DNA of 64,000 nt, from NCBI GenBank assembly GCA_951406725.2, contig OX597833.1, forward strand, positions 59,582,001 through 59,646,000, written 5' to 3'. The notes beneath the pieces are model-generated. The model was given only the letters and a program-made list of their open reading frames with translations, searched no databases and was not told the DNA's origin. The position numbers and the translations under genes are program-made. Shown piece after piece: positions 50,231 through 64,000 of this stretch. Each line of letters starts with the position of its first letter. The first letter of the stretch is position 1. Source of the DNA: Octopus vulgaris. Lineage: Eukaryota.

Positions 50231-50959
50231 TGGTTATTTAGTTAATAGTTTACTTATGTCAACTGGTAATTTTTGTCTTTCAAATTACTTGGTGGACAGT
50301 CTTGTACAGCCCCTTGTTAACTGACCGTTTACTCACAGATGGCGAATAGTAGCCTGTAATATATCTGTGTTAAGGTTGCATTAGTTGGTAGAAAACTGAA
50401 ACTAGAGTCTCCATGGCTTCCAGTTTGATGTCTCAACATTCTGTGTTCAAATCAAATCAAGGCTGATTTTGCCTTTTAAATCCTACAGGGTTATGACAGC
50501 TGAACCACTTAACTATAACCCCTCCCTGCAAAAAAATAGGGGGCATTTGTTCCAAACAAAGAAATCTTTTGATTTTCTGCTGTATTCTTGGTTCTAATTT
50601 GGAACCATTTCTCTTGACATTGCTAAAGTTCCTGGGAAAAGAGTGAATGTCACAACTTCTCTTAAGAATAACTTTCAGCCCAATTCCTTTTAAAAAAAGA
50701 AACCCCTATTTTTTACTAAATTATTCTGTAAACTGTAAAATGTTTCCTATTTTGCAACAATATTGTACCCCATCTCATCCCCACTTCCCCTTCAAGCTCT
50801 CTCACAGGCACACATCTTTGTGTCTGGATTTTACTCCCTTTTTTATCTGCTGAGGTGACCCTAAAAATGGTGTCACCATTGCTGCTTCTCATAGCTTGAA
50901 ATTAAGCTTTTTATCTGTGATTTATCAAAGTGAAATTCTTTGTCTTGTTTATTTTTCTC

Positions 50960-50992
<33 letters not shown>

Positions 50993-51239
50993 GAGGATGG
51001 TGGATTGGCAGAATCATCAGAGCACCAGACAAAATGCCTTGCAGTATTTGTTCCAAGCTTTTACATTCTGAGTTCAAATCCTGCCAGGGCCAACTTTGCC
51101 TTTCATCTCTCCAGAGTTGATGAAATAAAGTACCAGATTGACCCCCATCCCCTAAAAATGTTTGGCACTGAGCCTGAGTCAGAAATTATTATTATTATTA
51201 TTATTATCATTGTTATTATTATTGTTATTATTATTATTA

Positions 51240-51280
<41 letters not shown>

Positions 51281-52685
51281 GTGAAGTGGCAGGGGGTTCC
51301 TTTCTCCTTTTAACTTATGAATGCTTTTAATTAATATTTCCAAATAATTGAAATTAATTAATCAGGTGAATCACATTATCAAAAACACACACAACACAGA
51401 AAAATCATAAACAACATTCCTTCTTTCCTTCCTTCCTTTCTTCTATCTAATCAGATAATGTTTATATCTGTTTAATAATGAGTTTATCACTAAACCAACC
51501 AGAAATATTTATTTTAAATGGGATGATATTACAAAATGAAAATCAAAACAAATTTGTTTTTTATCACAAAAAATTTTTAAAAAAAGGAAAAAAGGAAACT
51601 CATTTCTCGTAGAATAGAAGAGAGACACAAATATCTGGCCATTCTTTGGTGGAAATAAACTTCTAAAGTGTCTGAGAATCCTCTGAAATAATTTTCAAGT
51701 GGAAAGTTTTGAATAAATACCTGATCCTTGCTGATAACTATTTTAATATATTTACAACATACGACGGGCGAGCTGGCGGAATAGTTAGCACAGTGGACAA
51801 AATGCTCAGTGGTATTTCATCTGTCTTCACATGCTGAGTTCAAATTCTGCCAAGGCTGACTTTGCCTTTCATCCTTCCGGGATCGATAAAATAAGTACCA
51901 GTTTGAGTACTGGGGTCAGTGTAATCGACTTACCCTACCCACCCCCAAAATTGCTGGCCTTGTGCCAAAATTTTAAATCAATATATTTTTACCACATGGA
52001 GGACACATGTTATCCATTCAAAAGTACCCAAAGACTGTTTTCTTCACTTAAGCATTCACCATTTGGTGTTAAAATTTTCATTTCACAAACTGCAGAGTGG
52101 AACCACATCAGTGACCAAGTTGTAGTTGGTGTGATGAAAACTTTGACACCCAATGGTGATTGCTTAAGTGAAGTTAAGTCTTTGTGTGTTTTTGAATGGC
52201 TTAACATATATCTTCTTTGCTGAAATTATTTTAATTTCAACGGACTGTCTCAGATAAAATCACATACCTAGCAAGTACACCTCCATTTAAAGATATTTAT
52301 GTTGTAAATATAATAATTTTAAATAGAGTTAATATTAGTTATAATGAATTTATTTAAAAACCGTTTGTATTAGTATTGGTATATTAATTAATATGTTTAT
52401 TAAAGAAGTAATTGAATAAAATAGACTGAAATAAAGATGGTTAATTTATTACAATACAAAGAAGAAGAGAATAACTTATGGGTTCCTGGTGAGATGATTA
52501 TTTCCCTTGTCATTAAAAATGACCAACCAATCAACTGAGAGATTACATTAAGTCAAACGAATATGTTGTTTATCACCAGCTCAGCTCTAAGACATTCCAA
52601 ACTCAAAGACACTCCAAACATGACCAGCCCACCATTTTTTATAGTTAGAATTACATTGTCCAATATATCCTTCCTTTTTATTTAA

Positions 52686-52904
52686 CCCTTTAGTATTTAA
52701 ACCAGCCATATCCGGCCGAAATATTTAATCTGTTTTATGTTCAAACTGACCAGATCCAGGCCCTCACACCTACCCTACAATGTTATTCTACATTAAGTAA
52801 TTACACCATCAAGATCTTAAAGATATGAGATAATGCATGATTAATTCAAATCAATGTGAATCGATAGGCATTATGTTTGATAGAATAATCTGAACACTAA
52901 AGGG
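52686..52904. mobile_element. piggyBac-like MITE
   Basis: TTAA-CCCTTTAGT...ACTAAAGGG-TTAA. Confidence 0.8.
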
Positions 52905-53848
52905 TTAAAACAGTGAGCGTGCAGAGGATTTTGCTCTTATTCTTAGTAAGTTGAAGACTTTTTTATTGGCTCAGATTAGGGAGAAAGTTGTTTTGTTTGG
53001 TGTTTGACAGAGTCATGTGTTGGCACCATGGAGTGTTCAGTGATTGGTACACTACAATACTAGTGTGTAGCTATATATATCATTGCTACTACAAACATAC
53101 TATGTTATAGAACTGGTTTGTAATAGAATTAGCATGTGATAGTACTAGAGTACTATGTATAATAATACACCAATACTATTACATACATGGTACTAGTGTG
53201 AGTGTGATGGGACTTTTGTGTGATAGCACTTGTGTGTGATAGTATTGGTGTGTGTTAGTATTGCAACACACATAGAACAGGTGTGTTGTTGTGCTGTCTT
53301 CAGTAAACTTGCTTGGATAAATCTTTTAATTTAAAGGGAAAAAACAACTTGTCTGAGATTGTCAATGCTTGCCACAATTGTTTTGAGAAAATTCTGGATT
53401 TAAAATGAAGATCTGTCAACATATCAAATATTTTTGACAGAAAAAACAAGAAACAATTAATGTTATGTTAATATATTTTTAAATCAATATTGTACATTGT
53501 TAAGGGCAGACTGTTTCAAATAGTGCTATGTCTTGTTATGAGTAGATTATGTTTAAAAACAATCTCTGTTAACATCTCATGAAGAGTAGCCAATATTTTA
53601 AAACAAGTCTCTGTATCATTAAGGGTAGGTAGCTTGTCTTTGAAAGTCTCAACAACTTTATTGTTCATATTTTTCAAGCAATGCTTTGATACCTGCTCTT
53701 AGGTTTCTGTAAACTAGACAAAGAAAGGATTCGGATTCATGCGAGCAAATCAAAACTTCAGAGGTTTTGATCAGCAAAACAACCACTTTTCAGGAAATAT
53801 TTCCTCAATTTTAATTTCAAGGGAAAAGAAAATTTTTATTCCAGTGAC

Positions 53849-53926
<78 letters not shown>

Positions 53927-54975
53927 TTCTTAATTGAAACTTCAATATTTTCTTTATTTTAAGGCAGCAAGCTGGCAGAAACATTAGCATGCCGGATGAA
54001 ATGCTTAGTATTATTTCATCTGTCTTTACGGTCTGAGTTCAAATTCTGCTGGGGTTGACTTTGCCTTTCATCCTTTCAGGGTCGATAAATTAAGTACCAG
54101 TTATGCACTGGTGACGATCTAATCGACTGCCGCCCCTACCTAAAACTTTCAGGCCTTGTGCCTAGAGTAGAAAAGAATATTTCCTTTTATTTTCCAACCT
54201 CATGCATTTCGTGAGAAATTCAATTTTTCTTTGTATTTTTCTTTGATGTATTGAAGAATTATTTAGCTTTTTATGAATTATGAAATTTTAAAGCTTTAAA
54301 CGTTTTGTGAATGAATGAAAGACTATTCAGTTATTTCTTGTCTTAAAATAAGTGTGACCAGAATGGCCGGGGGGTGGGGGTGTCTTTGAGTTACTTTCAC
54401 AAATACATGAAATTTACTTGGTATCTGCCATGGCATAGAAGCTGAAAGCTAGTGATGATAATAACGATGATAATGATGATGATGATGATGTTGGGGATGA
54501 CGGTGACAATGACGTGTCAATCTACTTAACCGGAAATATTTTCCATGAGTAGATTTACAAAGATCGAAATGAAAATAAATATTTTTTAAAGGACAAAAAA
54601 AAAAAAAGATATATTTATTCAGTTAATTTTATTTTAGAGTCTAAATGGCTGTAAACTCCTGGAGGTACACTTGACTATCATTTTTAAAGCGTTATTATTT
54701 CAAATAGGATTGTTGATTCATAGATGGCAGAGCACTAAACAAAATACCTTGCAGTATCTAATTACGATTCATTACATTCTGAGTTCAAATTCTGCTGGGT
54801 TAACTATGCTTTTCTTTCCACCAAACTTGATTAAAAAAAGTACCAGCTGTGTACTGGGGTAAATACAATCAACTATAACCCCTCCCTTTGTACCAAAAAA
54901 TTTGAATGTATGAAAGAACTAATTTCGATACAAAAACAAAACAATACTATTTCTCTCCTTATCCCTTTATCTATC

Positions 54976-55006
<31 letters not shown>

Positions 55007-55460
55007 TCTTATCTTATTTGCGACAAACTACTAAAGTTTCATGTTAAGAGTAAGATATATTGTTTAGTTAAGATCAAACTGTTGCCTTCTTATTCCAGCA
55101 ATCTTCAGGCTTGGAGATAAACCTGAAGGGTTCTGAAATAAAAAGGTAACACCTTGATCAATGCTAAGCCAGATACCTTGCTTCTGAGATGAAACTTAAG
55201 TAGTATGTCGCAAATAAGATTCTGTATATAAAAATATTAACAGCTCTCAAATGTATTGAGTGCTTTATTTTGGTGACCTAACAACAAACAGTACATGATA
55301 TATACATACACACACACACACTCTTATATAGACACATTTGTATACAGAAACATATATAAATATATACATACAAATATACATGCATATATAAATATATACA
55401 CATATATATATGCATATACATATATATACATATATATGCATGTATATATATATCATTTTT

Positions 55461-55500
<40 letters not shown>

Positions 55501-55546
55501 TATATATATATATGCATATATATATATATATGCATATATATATATA

Positions 55547-55646
<100 letters not shown>

Positions 55647-55651
55647 TACAC

Positions 55652-55900
<249 letters not shown>

Positions 55901-57444
55901 CCAACTTTTGTATCTTACAGTGTTGATATATTCTGATGTTTTTAAAGAAACCAAACTTCTTTCCAAGTGAAACAAAAATGCACAGCACCGCCATTGTTCT
56001 ACTAAACTGAACAAAGCACTAAAATGTTTACTTGTCATTATTATTATTATTGCTATTATTGATTATCTCTACAATCATTATTTAGTACCAGTTATATACT
56101 GGTGTCGATTCAATTTCGAGTGGTCGACTTAATCCGTCACCTGGTGTATCAGAACTACCTTCCTCTTTGGTGTTTTTAGTAGGGTCCACTGTGTGGTTGT
56201 TGGTACGTAGGATATGTCAGCGGTCTCAGTATAACCTTCTGTGTTCCTGCCACCAGTTTTAGAGGCCAGGTTAACGGTTTCCATCCTACCTCCTGTAACT
56301 AAGTCACTAAAAATATAAACTTCGCTTTATACCTCTTCATCTTCTACAAATTCCTGGGTTTTTTTCCCATGAAAGAAATTGTTATTGGCAGAATTGTTGG
56401 AGCATTGTGGTATTTGTTTTGGTTCTTTATATTCTGAGTTCAAATCCCACCAAGTTCAGCTCCACCTTTTCGTCTTTCTAGTGCTGATAAGATAATGCAT
56501 CAGTTATATACAGAAATTAACCTAATTGACAACCACACTCCCCTGCAGTTTCTGGCCTTCTGCAATGTTAGAAAAAAATTATTATTATTATTAAGGTAGC
56601 AAGCTGGAAGAAACGTTAGCACGCTGGGCGAAATGTTTAGTGGTATTTCGTCTGCCGCTACGTTCTAAGTTCAAATTCTGCCGAGGTCAACTTTGCCTTT
56701 CATCCTTTCGGGGTCGATTAAATAAGTACAGGTTATGCACTGGGGTCGATGTAATAAACTTAATGCAAAAACAGCCTGCAATAGTCAATAAATTAGAAAT
56801 AATATTCTAAAATTTATCCTTTCTGTACAGCCCAGTACCATATGATCCACAGTGCAGTGATCAGGGGCTCTGACTGTAGGGAACCTAGAGTAGAGGGCTA
56901 GATATTACTTGTGGAAAAGAAAAGGTATGTGGGGGAGTGAAGTGAGTTATAACTTTCAGGTTAAATTTTAAATAACCTTCCTTTCCTTGACAATCAGATG
57001 AGAATCAGTTTGTAATTAGTGTGTTTTGTTAATTACGGCTTCTGCTGCAATCTCATCTTATATCTTGAAATTTAAAATGATTTTTAATCTAATTCAAAAA
57101 ACACCAAAATGAGAACGTAGCAACAGAGTACCACACAAACATAAAATTGGGGAGTTACACAAAGTGAAGTGGGGGGGGTTGCATCTGTGTGTGTGTGTGT
57201 GTGTGTTTATTTGTCCGTCTGTGAGTGTGTGTGTGAAACAATAACAATCCTTGGTGAACAATATTAGACAATCTTAAAAGGCGCAGGAGTGGCTGTGTGG
57301 TAAGTAGCTTGTTTACCAACCACATGGTTCCGGGTTCAGTCCCACTGCGTGGCACCTTGGCCAAGTGTCTTCTACTATAGCCTCGGGCTGACCAAAGCCT
57401 TGTGAGTGGATTTGGTAGATGGAAACTGAAAGAAGCCCTTCGTA

Positions 57445-57477
<33 letters not shown>

Positions 57478-59011
57478 GTGCGTGTGTGTGTTTGTGTGTC
57501 TGTGTTTGTCCCCCTAGCATTGCTTGACAACCGATGCTGGTGTGTTTATGTCCCCGTTACTTAGCGGTTCAGCAAAAAGAGACTGATAGAATAAGTACTG
57601 GGCTTACAAAAAGAATAAGTCCCAGGGTCGAGTTGCTCGATTAAAGGCGGTGCTCCAGCATGGCCGCAGTCAAATGACTGAAACAAGTAAAAGAGTAAAA
57701 GAGAGAGAGGGAGTATATACATGTGTAGCTTCTTGGTGGATCACTGGATCCCTAACAGTCATACTATAAGAAATCCCAGCTGCTGGACATGATAGCATGT
57801 GTGTTACCCTGGGGCAACTAGTTTTATCTATGCTGTATGTTTCGGTCACAAGTTAGCTTACCAAATTTCATTTTCTCCAAACCATTGATAGTAGCAGGTT
57901 GAGGGTCCCTGTTTTTTGGGGGAGTAGAGATAAATGGGAAGTTCAGATGTTGATGCTTTCCTCTTAGCGTCCTTAGTGAAACATGTAGTGTAAAATAACT
58001 ACGACCAGGAATCACATGGGTTGCATGTGTCATTTTGCCATGAATAGCAACAGCTCCACTTTGTGACGGTCACAATGGTTAATGTCTTGATTCCACTCAG
58101 ACAGTAGATGTTATCTTTGAATGGAGTCAGTCAGAGACAGACTGCATTATATTTAAAGACATGGTATCAGACAACATCACCTGAAGATGTCAGGCAACAA
58201 CACCTAGCATAATAGAAGAAAAGATAGTTTATTAAATTATTTCATGATAAAAATATATACAGACTAAAGCTTGTAAAGATAAACAGACACAAATGCATCA
58301 TATATACACACCAGCATATCACAACATAATATTGTATACAATGCAACACATACCATGATATATATTTATATATACACACACACATGCACATATACATTCA
58401 AATATATATATACACCAACTAACATATACTGTAACATATCATAACATAGTATTATACACCAATATCTTATAATATTTTGTAATATACCCCATGATATATT
58501 GTATCATACAATAATAGTTTACCTTAATAGACTGTAGACACCAACATATCATTATATATACACCTATGACATGGCAAGATATATACACACTAACACACGC
58601 CATGATATATGCACAGCGATATATATCATAATATACTCACCAGGTAATGATATATAAAGTAGTAAATCATGTTATACACACCAGCATATGTCGTGATGTA
58701 CCTACAATATACGCCATGTTATACACATCAACACATACCATTTTAAACCCACTTATACACGCTGTATCTCAGCTATAACGAACATGTGCCAACAATCATA
58801 TACACTAATTTATAGAATCAATCGGAATTATATTAACACACAGCACAACATAGACAAAATTGTATTTAATTCATAATTTAACTTTCTTTCACTTGTGCTA
58901 TGCCTCAGCACATCAGCAAATAGACTTCACTCCATTTGCATATAAGTCACAGACCAGCAATTAAATTTATTTCAAGATGATCTGGGTACATGGTACTGAT
59001 AAGCCACCATA

Positions 59012-59412
59012 AGGCGGCGAGCTGGCAGAAACGTTAGCACGCCGGGCGAAATGCTTAGCGGTATTTCGTCTGCCGTTATGTTCTGAGTTCAAATTCCACC
59101 GAGGTCGACTTTGCCTTTCATCCTTTTGGGGTCGATTAAATAAGTACCAGTTACGCACTGGGGTTGATATAATCGACTTAATCCATTTGTCCCTTCTGTG
59201 TTTAGCCCCTTGTGGGTAGTAAAGAAATAGGTATTTCATCTGTCGCTACGTTCTGAGTTCAAATTCCGCCGAGGTCGACTTTGCCTGTCATCCTTTTGGG
59301 GTTGATTAAATAAGTACCAGTTACGCACTGGGGTCGATATAATCGACTTAATCCGTTTGTCTGTCCTTGTTTGTCCCCTCTGTGCTTAGCCTCTTGTGGG
59401 TAGTAAAGAAAG
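59012..59412 (+). mobile_element. SINE family B, tandem dimer with 16-bp TSD
   Basis: GGCGGCGAGCTGGCAGAA...GAGTTCAAATTCC...GCCTTTCATCCTTT; TSD GGTACTGATAAGCCAC. Other copies: 1607-1828-, 3880-4250-, 4540-4762-, 14393-14622-, 18880-19390-, 21840-22232-, 29680-30270-, 31893-32119-, 39371-39602-, 51765-51975+, 53962-54175+, 56594-56762+. Confidence 0.9.
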
Positions 59413-62400
59413 AGGTACTGATAAGCCACAATAATGGTGAAATATCAATATCTACCATTCTCAGTGATTCCAAGGCGAATTGTCTTACCTGGTCTGTGAC
59501 ATTCAGGTATTCTTTAACACTTGGTATCATTTGCGGAGCTTTTCCTGGATGCTATACTGCAGCAAATTTGGCATATAAACCTTAATATAAATACATACAC
59601 CCTGTACAGGCAATAAATATACGTTATCAACAACAATAATGTTGTTTAACTATGAATTAATTACAGATGTAACATTACACGATGTTTCCAACAGTGGCAA
59701 TGTTTACATTACTAGAGCTGTTTTTAATTTGTAATTTAATTTTCTATGACATATCATAAATAGCATAATAAATTATAATAAACTCCAAAACACTGCCACA
59801 GCATAGACCACTCGACAACAATGCATCAGAACATGCGTAGACCACACACCAACACATACACGTATAGGCCATGCACCAAAACATCCATAGACTGTCTACC
59901 TTTAAGTATTATTATTATTAGTTGTGGGAAATATTTCTAGAACAATCTTCTAATATCTGCTTCACCCGTCCAATGACATTTCTGAATAAATCTCGAGAAA
60001 TTTACAAACTTCTACTTTTAACCAAACTTACACGATAAAACTTCTGTTTGTGTGTTCACATATACATAAATACATACAAACGCATACATATATACAACAT
60101 ACACACACACAAACACATCTACAAATAAATACATATGTATGCATATATATATACATATATATATAAAATACACATGTATACATACACACACACATAAATT
60201 TATTTATTAATGTTTCTTTTTATGTCAAGTTACATATCAAAACAATTTAACATTAAATCGAAAGATTATTCTTTTTAGTAGAGTAACTATTTATTTCAAT
60301 TTTACAAGGCAAAGGTTGACAGTAACTTCAAAGTTGCAACTTGCTTTCTTCAAACTGACAAAGGTGAGCAAGTTAATGCAAATATTTACCTTGCAAAAAG
60401 TTAATAAATACATATACATAAGTGTATTAATATTTTATATTTATGTACACAGACATATATATATATATATATTATATACAATATGTACATACATGTATAT
60501 ATATGCACATCAGTTGCATACACAAATACGTGTAAAAGAATTTCAATACAAGAAGATGGAACGAACAGGCTTTAGTCCAAATTACTACAATTGTTTCTGT
60601 GAATTGGTGATTACTGAATGTTTCACATATTGTACAGACTATTGCATATGACATATGAAATGCTCAGCAATTACCAGCTGATACTAATGCACAGGAACAA
60701 TTGTAGTGATTTGAATTAAAGCCTATTCATTCTGTCTTCTTGTAATGAAATTCTTTTGTATAAATTCTGTGGATATTAATGGATTTCCACATGTATATCC
60801 AGTAAAAGGAAAATTCCTGCTTTATGATAACACATGGTAGCTGATACCCTTAGAGGAGCTTTGGAAAGTATGCCAAAAGGTTTTTACCTAGATGATATTA
60901 AATATAAATATATACATACATACACAAATTGTTTCACTATAGACTTATGCCATAAATCCATATTTATTATAATTTTTATGAACATTTGACAAGTATATTT
61001 TACGAAGAATACACACACACACAGACAAAAGTGTTATCTTGTACCTGAAGAAATGTTTGGTATTTACTTCTCTGGCTAAATATGTTATCATAAAACTATT
61101 CTTTAAAAGTAAAACCGGTGTCCCTCCACCCTGAGTTTATATACATATATACACACACACACACACACACATATATATACATACACACATGCACATATTT
61201 ATACACATATACACAAAAATACATACACATACATGAAATAAAGTTTCTGAAGTGCTGGAGGGATGATGTTCCCCATCTTGTGAGAACTAAAAATTCCTCA
61301 AACTTATTTTAAATTCATGGCAGCTGTTTAATAAATGGTAAAAAAATGGCTTTTATTCAAAACTGTATACACATTTTCCCCCACAAACAAAAATGTACAT
61401 ACAACATTCTTAGAGGAAATATTCTTAAACTCCTGAAAATATTTAACAAACATTACACATATGGATAATTTCTCCTGCCCTCCTCTCTCTTCCTGAATAA
61501 GTCACAAAATAATGACAAACGCTGTTAAAATGGTTTCTTTGTTGTAGCAGAACTGTTGAATTAGTTCCAGAAACTGCCTCCTGTTGTCTGCTGTGATTGT
61601 CTTCAGGTTATTGTTGAAATATATCTAAATTTACCGTTTGGTATCTCTGCTTAACATAAATTATCAATGGTAGACATTTGTAAATATCTTCAGTAATAAA
61701 ATATTTATTTCAGTGTTTCAAGTCTTCAGTCCTCATTTACTGTCAGGAGCAGAATATAAGTATGGGCATCTGCAGCCCTTTTTCTAAAGTTGCTATTGTC
61801 TGTGGTTACCTCTACAGAGACTTCTCTATCTATCTCTACATCTGTTTCTATGAGGTCTGATCAATAAGTATTCAGACCATTGCTATAGCAATTTTAGCAA
61901 GCTTTTAATCCACTAATTTAATATGTTTGATCATTCTTCGATAGCTGTAGGAATTAATCCAGTGAGGAACAACAACAACTCGTATTATTATTATTATTGA
62001 GTGAGAGAGCAGTGCATGCCATCAAAGTGACACTGGGGTAAAATATACGAAGCCCAATATACCCATCATGACTACCCGTCTGATAAGGGTACACCAGGCA
62101 CATGCATCACAACCATATGTGCGCGACATGGTGATCTCATATCAAGGTAAACAGCACATGACCTTGCAGGTGGGGCCCAGTTAGAATTTTCTTCAGGTTG
62201 AGTAGCCCATCCTGCTCAAAAGGTCCCTGAATAAGGGTTGTTTAGGGATGTTGAAAGAACCACCTATGTTTCCAGAGGTGAATTATTCAAACCCCAAAGA
62301 ATCCCTCTCAACACATGGCAATGATGCTCCCCCACTACTTCTGCTCGTGATCAGAGATGCACATATCGTCAGCCACTAAGGGACATGCTCAACTGGTTAA

Positions 62401-63369
62401 AGTCAAACAACTGACAAGCAAATCTGTGGTATCGAGCAGAATATTTGCTGTAGCCCATCTTTTATACCAAGACAAAACAATGTACACGATAACACTTCCA
62501 ATCAGTTAAGATCAGAAGCCATGAGAGCCACTGCCTGGTACTGCATCAGGGCATTTATTATTATTATCATTATTATTATTTTACGTGTAGGTGGCACGTA
62601 AAAAACACCATTTCGAGCGTGGCCCTCGTGCAGGTGGCACGTAAAAGCACCCACTACACTCTCAAAGTGGTTGGCGTTAGGAAGGGCATCAAGCTGTAGA
62701 AAACACTGCCTGATCAGACTGGAGCCTGGTGCAGCCATCTGGTTCGCCAGTCCTCAGTCAAATCGTCCAACCCATGCTAGCATGGAAAGCGGATGTTAAA
62801 GGATGATGATGATGATGTACATGGAGTATTTATTCCAATCTATGATGAGAGCATTTTCACACAGCTTGTATATTAACATTCAACAGAACAGAATGGAAGT
62901 TGAATAAGAAGAGGTTTTCGTCTTGCCGCCTTCCATGACTGGTATAGAGGATTTAACAAAATTCAAATCAACGCAGGGGTTGTCCCGTAGCAGGAACAGA
63001 GATGGAGAACAACGTAGTTAGCTGCAGGCCGCATGGGAGAAGAAAAGTGAATGTTACTTGGCTGTGCGCATCTTTTTATATCTAACGAGCGCCACCTAGT
63101 TGTTAACGATGTGACAGGGGAGATAACTGTAGATGACTCTCATTAAAACATGACAGCACTGGATTCAAATAAGGTTGCCTATATAATGAAGTTAAAGTAC
63201 TCAGAGTGAAGCCGCTTGGCAAAAAGTGACTTTGAACTCTGCTGTGCATGTGCACTAAGTTTTAACTTTCTAGCTCACTTCAGTTGTTTACAGCAGTGCT
63301 TGGTAGGAAGGTGTGTAGCGTGTGATCGTTGTATTGACCATGACAGAAAAATGTTGTCATGGTAACACC

Positions 63370-63660
63370 TGCTCAGAGGCCTATGCAAAGTTGCAGAAAG
63401 TATATGAGCTGCACACAAGTGTACGAGTGGTTCAGACGTTTCCAAGACAGCTGCAAAAATGTCAATATTGACGAAGATTCTGGGAAACCCACAACCAGTA
63501 GAACTGAGAAAAACATCGCAGATTGCTTGCAGCTGTGAGAGGAAATCATCAAATCACCATCCATGAGTTATCAGATGATGTGCAGATTAGTTATAGCTCA
63601 GTTCAGTCCATTGTCACTGAAGATTTGGGTATGAGATGCGTGCCTGCCAAGTTCGTCAAA
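63370..63660 (+). pseudogene. Mariner transposase N-terminal (HTH) remnant
   Basis: VYEWFRRFQD...DEDSGKPTTSRTEKNI...TIHELSDDVQISYSSVQSIVTEDLGMRCVPAKFV, with frameshifts; mariner-like TIR TATGAGGTCTGATCAATAAGTA near 61849. Confidence 0.8.
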
Positions 63661-64000
63661 ACTGCTTTTAGCTGACCAAATGACAGCATGGAATTTTGTC
63701 AGTGGACAGGTCGTAGTTTCAAAGCGACGAAAATATTTTGACAAAATTGATTTAAATGTTTAAATGAATCTAACGATTTTTGTGTATTTTTTAAATGGCT
63801 TATAAACACCTTCCACACCTCGCCTGGCACCTGTGCAGGTGGCACGTAAAAAGCACCCACTACACTCACGGAGTGGTTAGCGTTAGGAAGGGCATCCAGC
63901 TGTAGAAACACTGCCAGATTAGACTGGAGCCTGGTGCAGCCTTCTGGCTTCCCAGATCCCCGGTCGAACCATCCAACCCATGCTAGCATGGAAAACGGAC

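Noticed and set aside
53500-53720. Coding-like minus-strand frame (MNNKVVETFKDKLP...)
   Set aside because: About 50 aa, flanked by stops and with no recognisable family
59348-59560. Minus-strand exon-like stretch (HPGKAPQMIPSVKEYLNVTDQ|GTAAGA)
   Set aside because: Plausible donor, but no recognisable protein and no partner exons found; cannot be supported without transcripts

Overview
AT-rich, microsatellite- and SINE-dense animal genomic DNA. The SINE families suggest a coleoid cephalopod, probably Octopus (inference). One protein-coding gene is well supported: an 8-coding-exon equilibrative nucleoside transporter 4 (SLC29A4/ENT4/PMAT ortholog) on the + strand, CDS 27785-46519, 566 or 569 aa depending on a tandem donor, with all introns GT-AG and phases consistent. 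The rest is repeats: several SINE families, RTE, CR1 and R4/Dong LINE fragments, a Penelope-like GIY-YIG remnant, Merlin/hAT/piggyBac MITEs with intact TSDs, a mariner remnant, a decayed tRNA-Phe and minisatellites. The most interesting signals are (1) several type I hammerhead ribozyme motifs with palindromic stem III, including a clean one at 25440-25524 and a near-identical pair fused to RTE 3' ends that brackets ENT4 exon 6 in sense orientation, and (2) a 25-bp intronic satellite whose units mostly carry AATAAA or ATTAAA just behind exon 4. Nearly all ORFs in the supplied track are microsatellite or repeat artefacts. All calls are by eye; no database searches were run.
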